From IMG/VR virus record IMGVR_UViG_2531839664_000034: a DNA stretch of 51,554 nucleotides; one strand, given 5' to 3'. Made by a program: the position numbers and the translations under genes. Position 1 is the stretch's first letter; every line of letters starts with the position of its first letter. Below, in pieces: positions 1 through 9,585 of the stretch. This DNA comes from a virus. Lineage: Duplodnaviria; Heunggongvirae; Uroviricota; Caudoviricetes. The notes beneath the pieces were generated by a model. It did not search any database. It was given only the letters and a program-made list of their open reading frames with translations, and was not told the DNA's origin.

Positions 1-31
1 ATGAAATCATTAACTGCAGTGCGTAAAAAAA

Positions 32-60
32 GTAAGCGTAAACTGACCGCCGTATGTAGC
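32..60. repeat. Extra IS66-family terminal-repeat-like sequence (GTAAGCGTAAACTGACC...), not paired with any element end in the window
   Basis: Starts with the GTAAGCG motif shared by the other IS66-type ends in this window (101, 352, and the reverse complements at 3060 and 5259). Confidence 0.3.
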
Positions 61-171
61 CATCAGACGAGAATTGGTAACTTAGACGCCCATCTGATAT
101 GTAAGCGTACAGCCTGAACCGTCTGGTCAGAATCTGACGAATTAGACAAAGTGGTGTCCACCAAATAAGTA

Positions 172-351
172 GTGGGAACCAAAGTGTCAGATATGCAGAA
201 AAATGTGACTCCCGGCAGGCGAAAAGGCTGCCCTAATTATCCTCCCGAATTTAAACAGCAGCTCGTTGCTGCCTCCTGTGAACCCGGGATATCCATCTCA
301 AAACTTGCTCTTGAAAATGGCATTAACGCCAATCTGTTGTTCAAATGGCGA
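172..351 (+). pseudogene. IS66 TnpA (orfA) of element B, N-terminal fragment, interrupted at 351/352
   Basis: ORF 172..420 is TnpA-like (PEFKQQLVAAS...GINANLLFKWR) up to position 351; the frame is continued exactly after the inserted element at 3061. Confidence 0.7.
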
Positions 352-433
352 GTAAGCGCCCCATCTGCGACGTCTTGTGAAAATTGTCCTGTCTGGCAAC
401 AATCGCGCCCATCTATATAGATGGACACGAACG

Positions 434-1108
434 ATGAATTCCCAGACAAAAAAAGATATTCCCTGCTTCCGTTCTTATTTGCCTGATGCTCTGCGTTTAA
501 GATTTGAAGATAAACTGACCATCCGGGCCATCGCTCAGCGTCTAGGTCTCAGTCATTCCACAATACATACGCTTTTTCAGCGATTTATTGCATCCGGTAT
601 CGCATGGCCATTGCCCGATTCAGTTTCATTAGCTCAGCTTGATGCCATCCTTTATGCCAACAGAAAGAAGGAATTAACAGAGCCTCAAATCAGCGAAGGC
701 ACATGGCGAAAAGAACGGCGAGCCAGCTACAGCCGTGAATTTAAGGTCCGTCTGGCTAAGCAGGCATTACAGCCCGGTGCTGTTGTTGCCCGGATCGCCA
801 GAGAGCACGGTATCAATGATAACCTGCTGTTTAAATGGAAAAGCCAGTACGAGGACGGCTTACTGAGCGATGATGACATACAGGAATGCATGCCTGTCCC
901 GGTGGCTCTGACTGATACGCCAGAGCCGACCAGACCAGTTACAAATCCCTTCTGGCGTAACAAGCCTGATGAGTGCCCTGAGAGTGATCCCGGAAACGTC
1001 CCACGGTGCGAGCTGCATCTTAAATCAGGTGTGGTAAAACTGTTTGACCCTCTCACTCCGGAAATGTTACGGGCGCTAATCCGCGAAATGAAAGGAGGTA
1101 CCCGATGA
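434..1108 (+). CDS. IS66-family accessory protein TnpA (orfA), long form with N-terminal HTH-like region
   Basis: Contains YSREFKVRLAKQALQPGAVVARIAREHGINDNLLFKWKSQY typical of IS66 orfA; ORF track starts at 377 but that ATG lies only 25 bp inside the IR, so 434 (MNSQTKK) preferred; start uncertain. Confidence 0.6.
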   Translation: MNSQTKKDIPCFRSYLPDALRLRFEDKLTIRAIAQRLGLSHSTIHTLFQRFIASGIAWPLPDSVSLAQLDAILYANRKKELTEPQISEGTWRKERRASYSREFKVRLAKQALQPGAVVARIAREHGINDNLLFKWKSQYEDGLLSDDDIQECMPVPVALTDTPEPTRPVTNPFWRNKPDECPESDPGNVPRCELHLKSGVVKLFDPLTPEMLRALIREMKGGTR

Positions 1109-1452
1109 TAACGCTGCCAACCGGTACCAGAATCTGGATCATCGCTGGCATCACAGATATGCGTTGTGGCTTCAACGGCCTGGCTTCGAAGGTGCAGAAC
1201 ACGCTGAAAGATGACCCGTTCTCCGGGCATATCTTCGTCTTCCGGGGCCGCAGTGGCAAAATGGTGAAAATACTGTGGGCCGATCGTGACGGGTTATGCC
1301 TGTTCGCCAAACGCCTGGAACGGGGCCGCTTCGTCTGGCCGGTAACCCGGGAAGGGAAAGTGCACCTGACGCCAGCTCAGTTATCCATGCTACTGGAGGG
1401 GATCGCGTGGCAACATCCCAAACGGACAGAACGGCCTGGCATCCGGATATAA
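1105..1452 (+). CDS. tnpB: IS66-family TnpB (orfB)
   Basis: 115 aa, MITLPTGTRIWIIAGITDMRCGFNGLA...; overlaps orfA stop (ATGA); canonical IS66 orfB size and sequence. Confidence 0.85.
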   Translation: MITLPTGTRIWIIAGITDMRCGFNGLASKVQNTLKDDPFSGHIFVFRGRSGKMVKILWADRDGLCLFAKRLERGRFVWPVTREGKVHLTPAQLSMLLEGIAWQHPKRTERPGIRI

Positions 1453-1471
1453 CCCGTGATAAAACAGGGGA

Positions 1472-3028
1472 ATGAACAACACACTCCCCGACGACATCGA
1501 GCAACTGAAGGCCCTGCTGATCGCACAGCAGGCTGTTATCGTCCGTCTGTCTGGTGAAATAACCGGCTATGCCCGCGAGATCAGCTCACTCAGAGCGCTG
1601 GTCGCTAAACTGCAGAGAATGTTGTTCGGTCGCAGCAGCGAGAAAAGCCGCGAGAAGACAGAAAAGAAGATCGCACGGGCAGAAACGCGTATAACCGAGC
1701 TCCAGAACAGGCTTGGTGAGGCGCAGTTGCAACTCACCTCAATGGCCGGAGAGACAGCGCCGAAAACATCAGACTCTCCCGTCCGCAAAGCACTTCCGGC
1801 AACACTTCCCCGTGACAGGCAGGTTATCTCCCCGGCAGAAACCGAATGCCCCGTCTGCAGCGGCAAACTGAAACCGCTGGGAGAAAGCATCTCTGAACAA
1901 CTGGATATCATCAACACCGCGTTCAGGGTAATCGAAACGGTTCGCCCAAAACTGGCCTGCAGCCGGTGCGACTGTATAGTTCAGGCTCCGCAGCCACCAA
2001 AACCCATCGAGCGCAGTTACGCCAGTCCGGCTCTGCTGGCCCGCATAATCATGGCTAAGTTCGCCGAGCATCTGCCGCTGTACCGTCAGTCGGAAATCTA
2101 TGCCCGCCAGGGCGTGGAGCTGCACCGCAATACGATGGGGCGCTGGGTTGACATCATGGGAGAGCAGCTTCGCCCGCTGTATGATGAACTGAAGCACTAT
2201 GTGCTGATGGCGGGTAAAGTGCATGCCGATGACACGCCGGTAAATGTACTGGAGCCGGGTCAGGGTAAAACCCGTACCGGACGGCTGTGGGTCTATGTTC
2301 GTGACGATCGCAACGCCGGTTCGACCATGCCGGCAGCGGTGTGGTTCTCATACTCTCCCGACCGCAAAGGCATCCACCCACAGCAACATCTGGCGGACTA
2401 CAGAGGTATCCTGCAGGCCGATGCATATGCGGGTTACAATGCTCTTTACGAAAGCGGTCAGGTAACCGAAGCGGCTTGTATGGCACATGCCCGACGCAAG
2501 ATCCACGATGTACATGTCCGCCATCCAACGACAGTAACGGGAGAAGCGCTCCGTCGTATCGGGGAACTGTACGCTATCGAGGCTGAGATCCGCGGCAGTC
2601 CGGCAGAAGAGCGACTGGCGGTCAGAAAAGCCAGAACGGTACCGCTAATGCAGTCGTTGTATGAGTGGCTCCAGGGGCAGATGAGCACGCTGTCGCGCCA
2701 CTCGGATACAGCGAAAGCGTTCACCTATCTGCTGAAGCAATGGGACGCTCTGAACGAATACTGCCGCAATGGCTGGGTGGAGATCGACAATAACCTGTGT
2801 GAAAACGCCCTCCGGGTAGTTGCACTGGGGCGGCGTAACTACATGTTCTTCGGCTCTGATGGTGGAGGCGAGAGTGCGGCAGTGATGTACAGCCTGATCG
2901 GTAGCTGCAAACTTAACGGAATCGAGCCGGAAACGTGGCTACGCCACGTGATCAGTGTAATCAACACCTGGCCTGCCAACCGCGTGAAAGAGTTGTTGCC
3001 CTGGAATGTCACTCAATCTGTAAACTAA
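1472..3028 (+). CDS. tnpC: IS66-family transposase TnpC
   Basis: 518 aa with N-terminal coiled coil/leucine zipper, CxxC...CxxC zinc-finger (CPVCSGKL...CSRCDC) and DDE-region motifs ([14 protein letters not shown]) typical of IS66 TnpC. Confidence 0.85.
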   Translation: MNNTLPDDIEQLKALLIAQQAVIVRLSGEITGYAREISSLRALVAKLQRMLFGRSSEKSREKTEKKIARAETRITELQNRLGEAQLQLTSMAGETAPKTSDSPVRKALPATLPRDRQVISPAETECPVCSGKLKPLGESISEQLDIINTAFRVIETVRPKLACSRCDCIVQAPQPPKPIERSYASPALLARIIMAKFAEHLPLYRQSEIYARQGVELHRNTMGRWVDIMGEQLRPLYDELKHYVLMAGKVHADDTPVNVLEPGQGKTRTGRLWVYVRDDRNAGSTMPAAVWFSYSPDRKGIHPQQHLADYRGILQADAYAGYNALYESGQVTEAACMAHARRKIHDVHVRHPTTVTGEALRRIGELYAIEAEIRGSPAEERLAVRKARTVPLMQSLYEWLQGQMSTLSRHSDTAKAFTYLLKQWDALNEYCRNGWVEIDNNLCENALRVVALGRRNYMFFGSDGGGESAAVMYSLIGSCKLNGIEPETWLRHVISVINTWPANRVKELLPWNVTQSVN

Positions 3029-3060
3029 TTTTTACCCCACGTCCTTCACGGTGCGCTTAC

Positions 3061-3290
3061 AATGGCGACAACAATGGCGCGAGGGAAAGCTGCTATTACC
3101 TTCTTCAGAGAGCCCCCAGCTACTTCCTGTGACTCTCGATGCAGCTGCCGAACAGCCAGAATCGCTCGCAGAGGACCCGGAAACCCTCAGTATCAGCTGT
3201 GAGGTAACGTTCCGGCACGGGACGCTCCGCTTCAATGGCAATGTCAGCGAAAAGCTCCTGACTCTGCTGATACAGGAACTGAAGCGATGA
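3061..3290 (+). pseudogene. IS66 TnpA (orfA) of element B, C-terminal fragment
   Basis: Reading 349-351 (cga) directly into 3069 onward gives ...LFKWR-QQWREGKLLLPSSE...LLIQELKR in one frame, matching ORF 3051..3290. Confidence 0.7.
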
Positions 3291-3634
3291 TCCCGTTACC
3301 TTCCGGGACCAAAATTTGGCTGGTTGCCGGTATCACCGATATGAGAAATGGCTTCAACGGCCTGGCTGCGAAAGTACAGACGGCGCTGAAAGACGATCCC
3401 ATGTCCGGCCATGTTTTCATTTTCCGGGGCCGCAGCGGCAGTCAGGTTAAACTGCTGTGGTCCACCGGTGACGGACTGTGCCTCCTGACCAAACGGCTGG
3501 AGCGTGGGCGCTTCGCCTGGCCGTCAGCCCGTGATGGCAAAGTATTCCTTACACAGGCGCAGCTGGCGATGCTGCTGGAAGGTATCGACTGGCGACAGCC
3601 TAAGCGGCTGCTGACCTCCCTGACCATGCTGTAA
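3287..3634 (+). CDS. tnpB: IS66-family TnpB (orfB), element B
   Basis: 115 aa [27 protein letters not shown]..., paralogous to 1105..1452. Confidence 0.85.
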   Translation: MIPLPSGTKIWLVAGITDMRNGFNGLAAKVQTALKDDPMSGHVFIFRGRSGSQVKLLWSTGDGLCLLTKRLERGRFAWPSARDGKVFLTQAQLAMLLEGIDWRQPKRLLTSLTML

Positions 3635-3683
3635 ATCTCTTTATCCTGGTTGTCACAGAATAAGCCCGGTAAAATACGGGCTT

Positions 3684-5222
3684 ATGAACGACATCTCTTC
3701 TGACGACATCTTCCTGCTGAAACAGCGCCTGGCCGAACAGGAAGCGCTGATCCACGCCCTGCAGGAAAAGCTGAACAACCGGGAGCGCGAAATAGACCAT
3801 CTGCAGGCGCAGCTGGATAAACTCCGCCGGATGAACTTCGGCAGTCGTTCCGAAAAAGTCTCCCGCCGTATCGCACAAATGGAAGCCGATCTGAACCGGC
3901 TTCAGAAAGAGAGCGATACGCTGACTGGTAGGGTGTATGACCCGGCAGTACAGCGTCCGTTGCGTCAGACCCGCCCCCGTAAGCCGTTCCCTGAATCACT
4001 ACCCCGTGACGAAAAGCGACTGTTGCCTGCGGCGCCGTGCTGCCCGAACTGCGGCGGTTCACTGAGCTATCTGGGCGAGGATACCGCCGAACAGCTGGAG
4101 TTGATGCGTAGCGCCTTCCGGGTTATCCGGACGGTACGGGAAAAACATGCCTGTACTCAGTGCGATGCCATCGTGCAGGCACCTGCACCTTCGCGGCCCA
4201 TCGAGCGGGGTATCGCCGGACCGGGGCTGCTGGCCCGCGTGCTGACCTCGAAGTATGCAGAGCACACCCCGCTGTATCGCCAGTCAGAAATATACGGCCG
4301 GCAAGGTGTGGAGCTGAGCCGTTCACTGCTGTCGGGCTGGGTGGATGCATGCTGCCGGCTGCTGTCTCCGCTGGAAGAGGCGCTTCATGGCTATGTCATG
4401 ACTGACGGCAAACTCCATGCCGATGATACCCCGGTCCAGGTACTGCTGCCGGGTAATAAGAAGACGAAGACCGGGCGGTTGTGGGCGTATGTTCGTGATG
4501 ACCGCAATGCCGGGTCAGCGTTGGCACCTGCAGTGAGGTTCGCTTACAGCCCGGACAGAAAAGGCATCCATCCGCAGACTCATCTTGCCTGCTTCAGCGG
4601 TGTGCTGCAAGCGGATGCGTACGCCGGGTTCAACGAGCTGTATCGCAATGGTGGGATAACGGAAGCTGCCTGCTGGGCTCATGCCCGCCGAAAGATCCAC
4701 GATGTGCACGTCCGCATCCCGTCAGCACTGACGGAAGAAGCCCTGGAGCAGATCGGTCAGTTGTACGCCATAGAGGCGGATATAAGGGGAATGCCGGCAG
4801 AGCAGCGGCTTGCTGAACGTCAGCGAAAAACGAAACCGCTGTTGAAATCCCTGGAAAGCTGGTTGCGTGAAAAGATGAAGACCCTGTCGCGACACTCAGA
4901 GTTGGCGAAGGCGTTCGCGTACGCACTTAACCAGTGGCCGGCACTGACGTACTATGCGAACGATGGCTGGGTGGAAATCGACAACAACATCGCTGAAAAT
5001 GCCCTGCGGGCGGTCAGTCTGGGTCGTAAAAACTTCCTGTTCTTCGGCTCTGACCATGGTGGTGAGCGGGGAGCGCTAGTGTACAGCCTGATCGGGACGT
5101 GCAAACTGAATGACGTGGATCCAGAAAGCTACCTTCGCCATGTGCCTGGCGTCATAGCAGACTGGCCGGTCAACCGGGTCAGCGAACTGCTTCCGTGGCG
5201 CATAGCACTGCCAGCTGAATAA
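3684..5222 (+). CDS. tnpC: IS66-family transposase TnpC, element B
   Basis: 512 aa; same architecture as 1472..3028 (CCPNCGG...CTQCD zinc finger, [14 protein letters not shown]). Confidence 0.85.
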   Translation: MNDISSDDIFLLKQRLAEQEALIHALQEKLNNREREIDHLQAQLDKLRRMNFGSRSEKVSRRIAQMEADLNRLQKESDTLTGRVYDPAVQRPLRQTRPRKPFPESLPRDEKRLLPAAPCCPNCGGSLSYLGEDTAEQLELMRSAFRVIRTVREKHACTQCDAIVQAPAPSRPIERGIAGPGLLARVLTSKYAEHTPLYRQSEIYGRQGVELSRSLLSGWVDACCRLLSPLEEALHGYVMTDGKLHADDTPVQVLLPGNKKTKTGRLWAYVRDDRNAGSALAPAVRFAYSPDRKGIHPQTHLACFSGVLQADAYAGFNELYRNGGITEAACWAHARRKIHDVHVRIPSALTEEALEQIGQLYAIEADIRGMPAEQRLAERQRKTKPLLKSLESWLREKMKTLSRHSELAKAFAYALNQWPALTYYANDGWVEIDNNIAENALRAVSLGRKNFLFFGSDHGGERGALVYSLIGTCKLNDVDPESYLRHVPGVIADWPVNRVSELLPWRIALPAE

Positions 5223-5261
5223 CACATCCCCGTCAATACGGTTCTTGCTGCACGCTTACCA

Positions 5262-5477
5262 ACAAACCGGCCCACACCAGAAGCGATTATGGCAAACTAC
5301 CAACTGAATGAACAATTACTGGAGGGATGCAGGCCCTGGATTGTTATTTTTGATGACGTTCTTACTGCCGGTAGCCATTTTAAAGCGATGAAAAGCCTGA
5401 TACTACAACATATTCCTGAAGCCTGTATACTGGGACTCTTTGTTGCCCGAACAACCCGGGGAGCTCAAATTATTTAA
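5262..5477 (+). pseudogene. C-terminal fragment of a phosphoribosyltransferase (PRTase)-fold protein, 5-prime end removed by IS66 element B
   Basis: Open frame runs from the IS66 boundary (5259) without a plausible N-terminus; PRTase signature hydrophobic-DD-V-x-T-x-G (WIVIFDDVLTAGSHF) near the C-terminus. Confidence 0.4.
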
Positions 5478-5494
5478 AAAGGGTAAAGTACTCC

Positions 5495-7879
5495 TTAAAA
5501 TGAAAGCCCTTCACCATCAGCCACAATCCTGTACCCCATCGCCTTATAACCCCGCTGGCGTTTATCCCACATTCTGAGCAGCACTGGATACGCGGTATCC
5601 ACAAAATCAATGATCCTGACATCGCTTTTACCGGTATGCTCTCTGTGTAGACGTCCCGCATACTGCTGTAATGTCCCTTTCCATGACACAGGCATGGCAA
5701 GAATCAGCGTATCCAGCGGAGGGTGGTCAAATCCCTCACCAATAAGTCTGCCTGTTGACAACAAAATACGGGGAGAATCAGGAGGAAGAGCATTCAGCCC
5801 GGATATCAGCATCGCACGCTTTTTTTTCGATAGTCGTCCATGGAGAATAAAGGGGGACAATTTCAGTGAATTCATCACTGATGCTATCTCATCCAGATGA
5901 TCTGTACGTTCAGTCAGTACCAGAACTTTTCGCCCCTGCCCGAAAGCTTTCATGGCTTCTTCAGCTATCGCCACCGTTCTGTCATGATCCAGAGCAATTT
6001 CTCTGAAAATATCCTGGATTCTCGCATCCGATGGTAAATGACCAGATGTAAAACGGGAACGGGTCAGTACCTCCAGATTATGTGGGCTTTCCTTCGGGCG
6101 GACCGCTGTATGGCGAATGGCACCACAGTACATAAAAATAATGGGATGCAGACCATCCCGTCGGATTGGTGTTGCCGTCAGGCCAAGCAGATATCTGGCA
6201 TTCGTTTCCTTCAGAATCGCAGAAAATGAAACCGCGCCAATATGATGGCACTCATCCACAATGATTTGCCCATAATTCCTGACCAGAGGTTCAACTTCTC
6301 CGTGTCTGGATATGGACTGCACCACCGCAATATCAATATTGCCACAGGGTTTATGTTTACCTCCCCCGATAATACCAATATTGTCACCAACCTGCAGAAA
6401 CACCGCGAGACGCTCCTGCCACTGCTTCAGCAATTCAGTCCGGTGTACCAGTATCAGTGTATTCACTTTCCGTCTGGCAATCACTGCCGCTGCGGTAACT
6501 GTCTTACCAAAAGCCGTTGGCGCACAAAGCACACCAGTGTCATAACGGAGTAATCCCGAAACGGCCTCTTCCTGCTCCGCTCTGAGGTTTCCCATAAAAA
6601 CGGCATTACATTCCGTCCCGGCAAATCGTTTATCGATTAATTCTGCAGCAATATTGTTGTCCCTAAGGAAAGATAATACGCTGTCCAGACATCCCTGGGG
6701 CAACGCAATGTGTTGCGGGTAATTCTCCGCACAACCTATAACACGGGGCTTATTCCAGACTGACATACGCATTGCCTGAGCCTTATAAAACTCAGGGTTC
6801 GGAAATGCTGCCAGCCGAATAAGTCGGTTAATCAGCACCTGAGGTAATTGCGCTTTTTCGAAATAGATCTGGTTTGCCAGCGTGATTTTCAGCGGTTCTG
6901 CAATAGAAATATTCAGTCTGTTTCCTGATGATTTTTTCCCTTCCCATGGCGTACCCAGGTCTTCTTCGTTGATAAAGTTCACATCCAGAGGATGGATACT
7001 TCCTGTAGCCCGTAATATCGTCGGTTCAATATTCTGCACATTCATCGGGATCACCGATGCAAGAAAAGCCCATTGATCAGAATAAGGCTGGAAATTCATA
7101 TCAACAAAAACACTTCCCCCCGATTCACGCGGTCTTTTTTGCAGAGGTAATGCTATGAGATTACCAAATCCCCCTTTTGGCATCGTATCCTGATTAGGAA
7201 ATAATCGGTCATAAGAACCCAATCGCAGCTGTCGAGTTCGATTACACGTATAACTAATAATAGCAGTCCCCAGACGGCGAGCTTCGCGGGCCGAAACTCG
7301 TGAAGCAAAAAATATCCAGACATGCGCTCCCTGACGTGAACGGGATATTTCCAGCGCAGCGGGTACACCCAGCTCATCACAGGATCGCATGAATGCGGAT
7401 GCATCCTTCTGCCATTCAGCTTCATCAAAATCAACTGCCAGAAAATAACAGGAATCATCTTCCAGCAACGGATACATCCCGACAGTATGGGTACCTGCCA
7501 GATGGTAGTAGATGACGAGATCAGATACAGGAATCAACTGACGGTGAGCGCAGTCCCCACATTTTATCCGGGGCTTACCGCATATTCTCGCCTGCCATTC
7601 GTTAGCGCAGGCAGGAGAGTACCCTGATTTGCCGCTGGTTTTACTTTCCCATCTAAGTGCCCATACATCATCACGCCCGCGAAACAACCGACGAAATAAT
7701 GCAACCTTCTCATTGGTGGATAATACAGAAACGCGCTGCACAGAGATCGGCGGTTTACGTCGCCATTCAATCCCATGAGCTTCAAGTAATGAGACCAGAC
7801 GGGCATTTTCTGCCCTCAATGCAGCTAATTCATCGCTGTCAGATTTATGAACCATATTCGTTACCTGTATCCGATCCAC
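5495..7879 (-). CDS. Primase-like (AEP/PrimPol-like) N-terminal domain fused to SF2 DEAD/DEAH-type helicase
   Basis: Helicase motifs APTAFGKT (I), IIVDECHH (II), GLTATP (III), QQYAGRLHR (VI); N-terminal Cys cluster (CGKPRIKCGDCAH) and AEP-like motifs LAVDFDEAEW and GAHVWIFF. Track start 7879 is GTG; ATG at 7855 (MVHKSDSD) has a better Shine-Dalgarno. Confidence 0.6.
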   Translation of the reverse strand: MDRIQVTNMVHKSDSDELAALRAENARLVSLLEAHGIEWRRKPPISVQRVSVLSTNEKVALFRRLFRGRDDVWALRWESKTSGKSGYSPACANEWQARICGKPRIKCGDCAHRQLIPVSDLVIYYHLAGTHTVGMYPLLEDDSCYFLAVDFDEAEWQKDASAFMRSCDELGVPAALEISRSRQGAHVWIFFASRVSAREARRLGTAIISYTCNRTRQLRLGSYDRLFPNQDTMPKGGFGNLIALPLQKRPRESGGSVFVDMNFQPYSDQWAFLASVIPMNVQNIEPTILRATGSIHPLDVNFINEEDLGTPWEGKKSSGNRLNISIAEPLKITLANQIYFEKAQLPQVLINRLIRLAAFPNPEFYKAQAMRMSVWNKPRVIGCAENYPQHIALPQGCLDSVLSFLRDNNIAAELIDKRFAGTECNAVFMGNLRAEQEEAVSGLLRYDTGVLCAPTAFGKTVTAAAVIARRKVNTLILVHRTELLKQWQERLAVFLQVGDNIGIIGGGKHKPCGNIDIAVVQSISRHGEVEPLVRNYGQIIVDECHHIGAVSFSAILKETNARYLLGLTATPIRRDGLHPIIFMYCGAIRHTAVRPKESPHNLEVLTRSRFTSGHLPSDARIQDIFREIALDHDRTVAIAEEAMKAFGQGRKVLVLTERTDHLDEIASVMNSLKLSPFILHGRLSKKKRAMLISGLNALPPDSPRILLSTGRLIGEGFDHPPLDTLILAMPVSWKGTLQQYAGRLHREHTGKSDVRIIDFVDTAYPVLLRMWDKRQRGYKAMGYRIVADGEGLSF

Positions 7880-8009
7880 TGAGGCACCACGGCAGAAATT
7901 CGGGTCCCCTACACTGATGACAAAGCGCCCCGCCCTCTTCTGCCTATTAACTCAAGCACCTCCCAACAACTTACAGAAACTTAATTCTAATACCTAATAC
8001 AACTGTAAT

Positions 8010-8573
8010 TCAGTTATGTCGTGGTCGGCCCCGGTTGCTTTTTTCGGGAAGCCTGCTACGGCCCAGAATAATACCGTGTTCTTTCTGATCCTGTTTAGCC
8101 AGATAGCTAAGGGCGTAACGTAAGTTGTCTACCGCGGACTTATCACTATAGTGCATCACGTGATCGATACGCACCGGGTATTTGTCTTTAGCCCTGCACA
8201 GGTGAAAATAACCCTCCCCTTCCGTGATCCGCCTCCAGATATCTCCTAGTTGCCTGGATATCTGATAAGATTTCTTGTGACGTTGCCCATCCAGGTAGCC
8301 GACAAAATGAATATGAAGCCCTTTGTCTGGTGTATATTCCATTACCCAGTAATATCCCGCCAGCATCGTCTGGGTTTCGCTAAGTAAACGGTATATTTCC
8401 ATACACATACTGTGCCTACAGGAATGACCAAAACTGGGCGAGTCTTTCCTGTAGGCAAAATCAATTCTGAAAGGTAACAGTTTAGAAAAACGTTGAAACA
8501 TACCGTCCATGTGTTCATTCACGTCTTTCAGAATCATGAAATCCATTTTGTAATTGGGATTGGCATTATACAT
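8010..8573 (-). CDS. YagK/YfjJ-family (inovirus Gp2-like) protein typical of P4/CP4-57-like islands
   Basis: 187 aa; resembles the remembered YfjJ family (e.g. YPVRIDHVMHYSD region) and sits in the yfjI-yfjJ order of CP4-57-like elements. Confidence 0.5.
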   Translation of the reverse strand: MYNANPNYKMDFMILKDVNEHMDGMFQRFSKLLPFRIDFAYRKDSPSFGHSCRHSMCMEIYRLLSETQTMLAGYYWVMEYTPDKGLHIHFVGYLDGQRHKKSYQISRQLGDIWRRITEGEGYFHLCRAKDKYPVRIDHVMHYSDKSAVDNLRYALSYLAKQDQKEHGIILGRSRLPEKSNRGRPRHN

Positions 8574-9585
8574 TTTATAGTCCTTACTTTATAAAACTCA
8601 CAGGAAGAGAGAATTACGTAAATACTGAGAGTAGAGAAACGCCGTACCACGGCATTAATAAACGAAGTAAACCAGCAGCACAGACAACCTGATAAAACTG
8701 TTTTGTATTACCGCATTACTGTAATGAGGTAATACTTCAGAATACAGTGAGACTCTCTTAAACTGAGAACCAGTACGAATTACAATGGAAAAACACACCT
8801 CATAGAATTGAGTTTCAGGAAGCACCACTAAATTCTTTACAGGAAGTAATCTGACATTCACAAAAGTCAGCTATAGAATAGCCACAGACAACATCGCTAT
8901 TAATATTGTCGTACCATTAAGTGAAAACAGCGACTCTGCAGAGAGCAGCCTACAGATATTTAATCAGTAGCATAAAAGAATAATGACATACAGACCATAC
9001 GCTACACACCATAAAAAGATTGTTTCATACAAAAAAGATAATATTTACCCATGCTTATAAACTGTAACGGAGCTATAACGTACGAACTAAAGACAATATA
9101 CTCTAATAGTGTGCTGGTACGTAACCAGTGTTAAATGCAAACCAGACATACATTCAGCGGATTAACTTTCTCAATATTACGCTATGAGTGTAGTAACATA
9201 ATTTACACATAACTAAACTCCATACACCACCACACTGTAGTATATGGGGATAGACGCATTACGCACATACAGAATACTCAGCATAAAGAGGAGTGACATT
9301 ACGATAAAAAGAGACAACATAACAGATAACATAACTTCCACTAATAATACTAATTAACCTTAATTATTTATTGAATACGAAAACAATGAAGTGCCCTCCT
9401 TATCTAAGGCCAAAGCCAGCAATATCCTGTACAACACTCTATCCAATAGTAAATAGTAGTTACACCAGTTATATTTACTGACTGACCTGTACCAGAGTTC
9501 TGTAATACAACACTGACATGGTCATGGCATTAATCTCCTCCGCAAGTAACGGAGGAGACTATATGTTACTCAACGATTAAGTCGT

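Larger units (their letters stand above)
352..3060 (+). mobile_element. IS66-family element A (intact, 2709 bp) nested inside element B
   Basis: Ends GTAAGCGCCCCATCTGCGACGTC (352) and ...GACGTGGGGTAAAAA...CGCTTAC (3060) are inverted repeats; perfect 8-bp direct repeat AATGGCGA at 344-351 and 3061-3068; carries tnpA-tnpB-tnpC. Confidence 0.8.
101..5259 (+). mobile_element. IS66-family element B (outer copy), tnpA interrupted by nested insertion of element A
   Basis: Left end GTAAGCGTACAGCCTGAACCGT at 101 pairs with reverse complement of right end (GTAAGCGTGCAGCAAGAACCGT) ending 5259; contains tnpA fragments, tnpB and tnpC in canonical order; no flanking 8-bp duplication seen. Confidence 0.6.

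Noticed and set aside
377-433. ATG at 377 as start of IS66 element A orfA
   Set aside because: Lies only 25 bp inside the element within or next to the terminal repeat; ATG at 434 is preferred, but this is unresolved.
1567-2724. Multiple antisense ORFs within IS66 tnpC genes (also 3682..4926)
   Set aside because: Overlap well-supported transposase genes on the opposite strand; high-GC antisense artefacts.
8655-8861. 68-codon ORF in the A-rich tract
   Set aside because: Low-complexity translation, no ribosome binding site; not supported as a gene.
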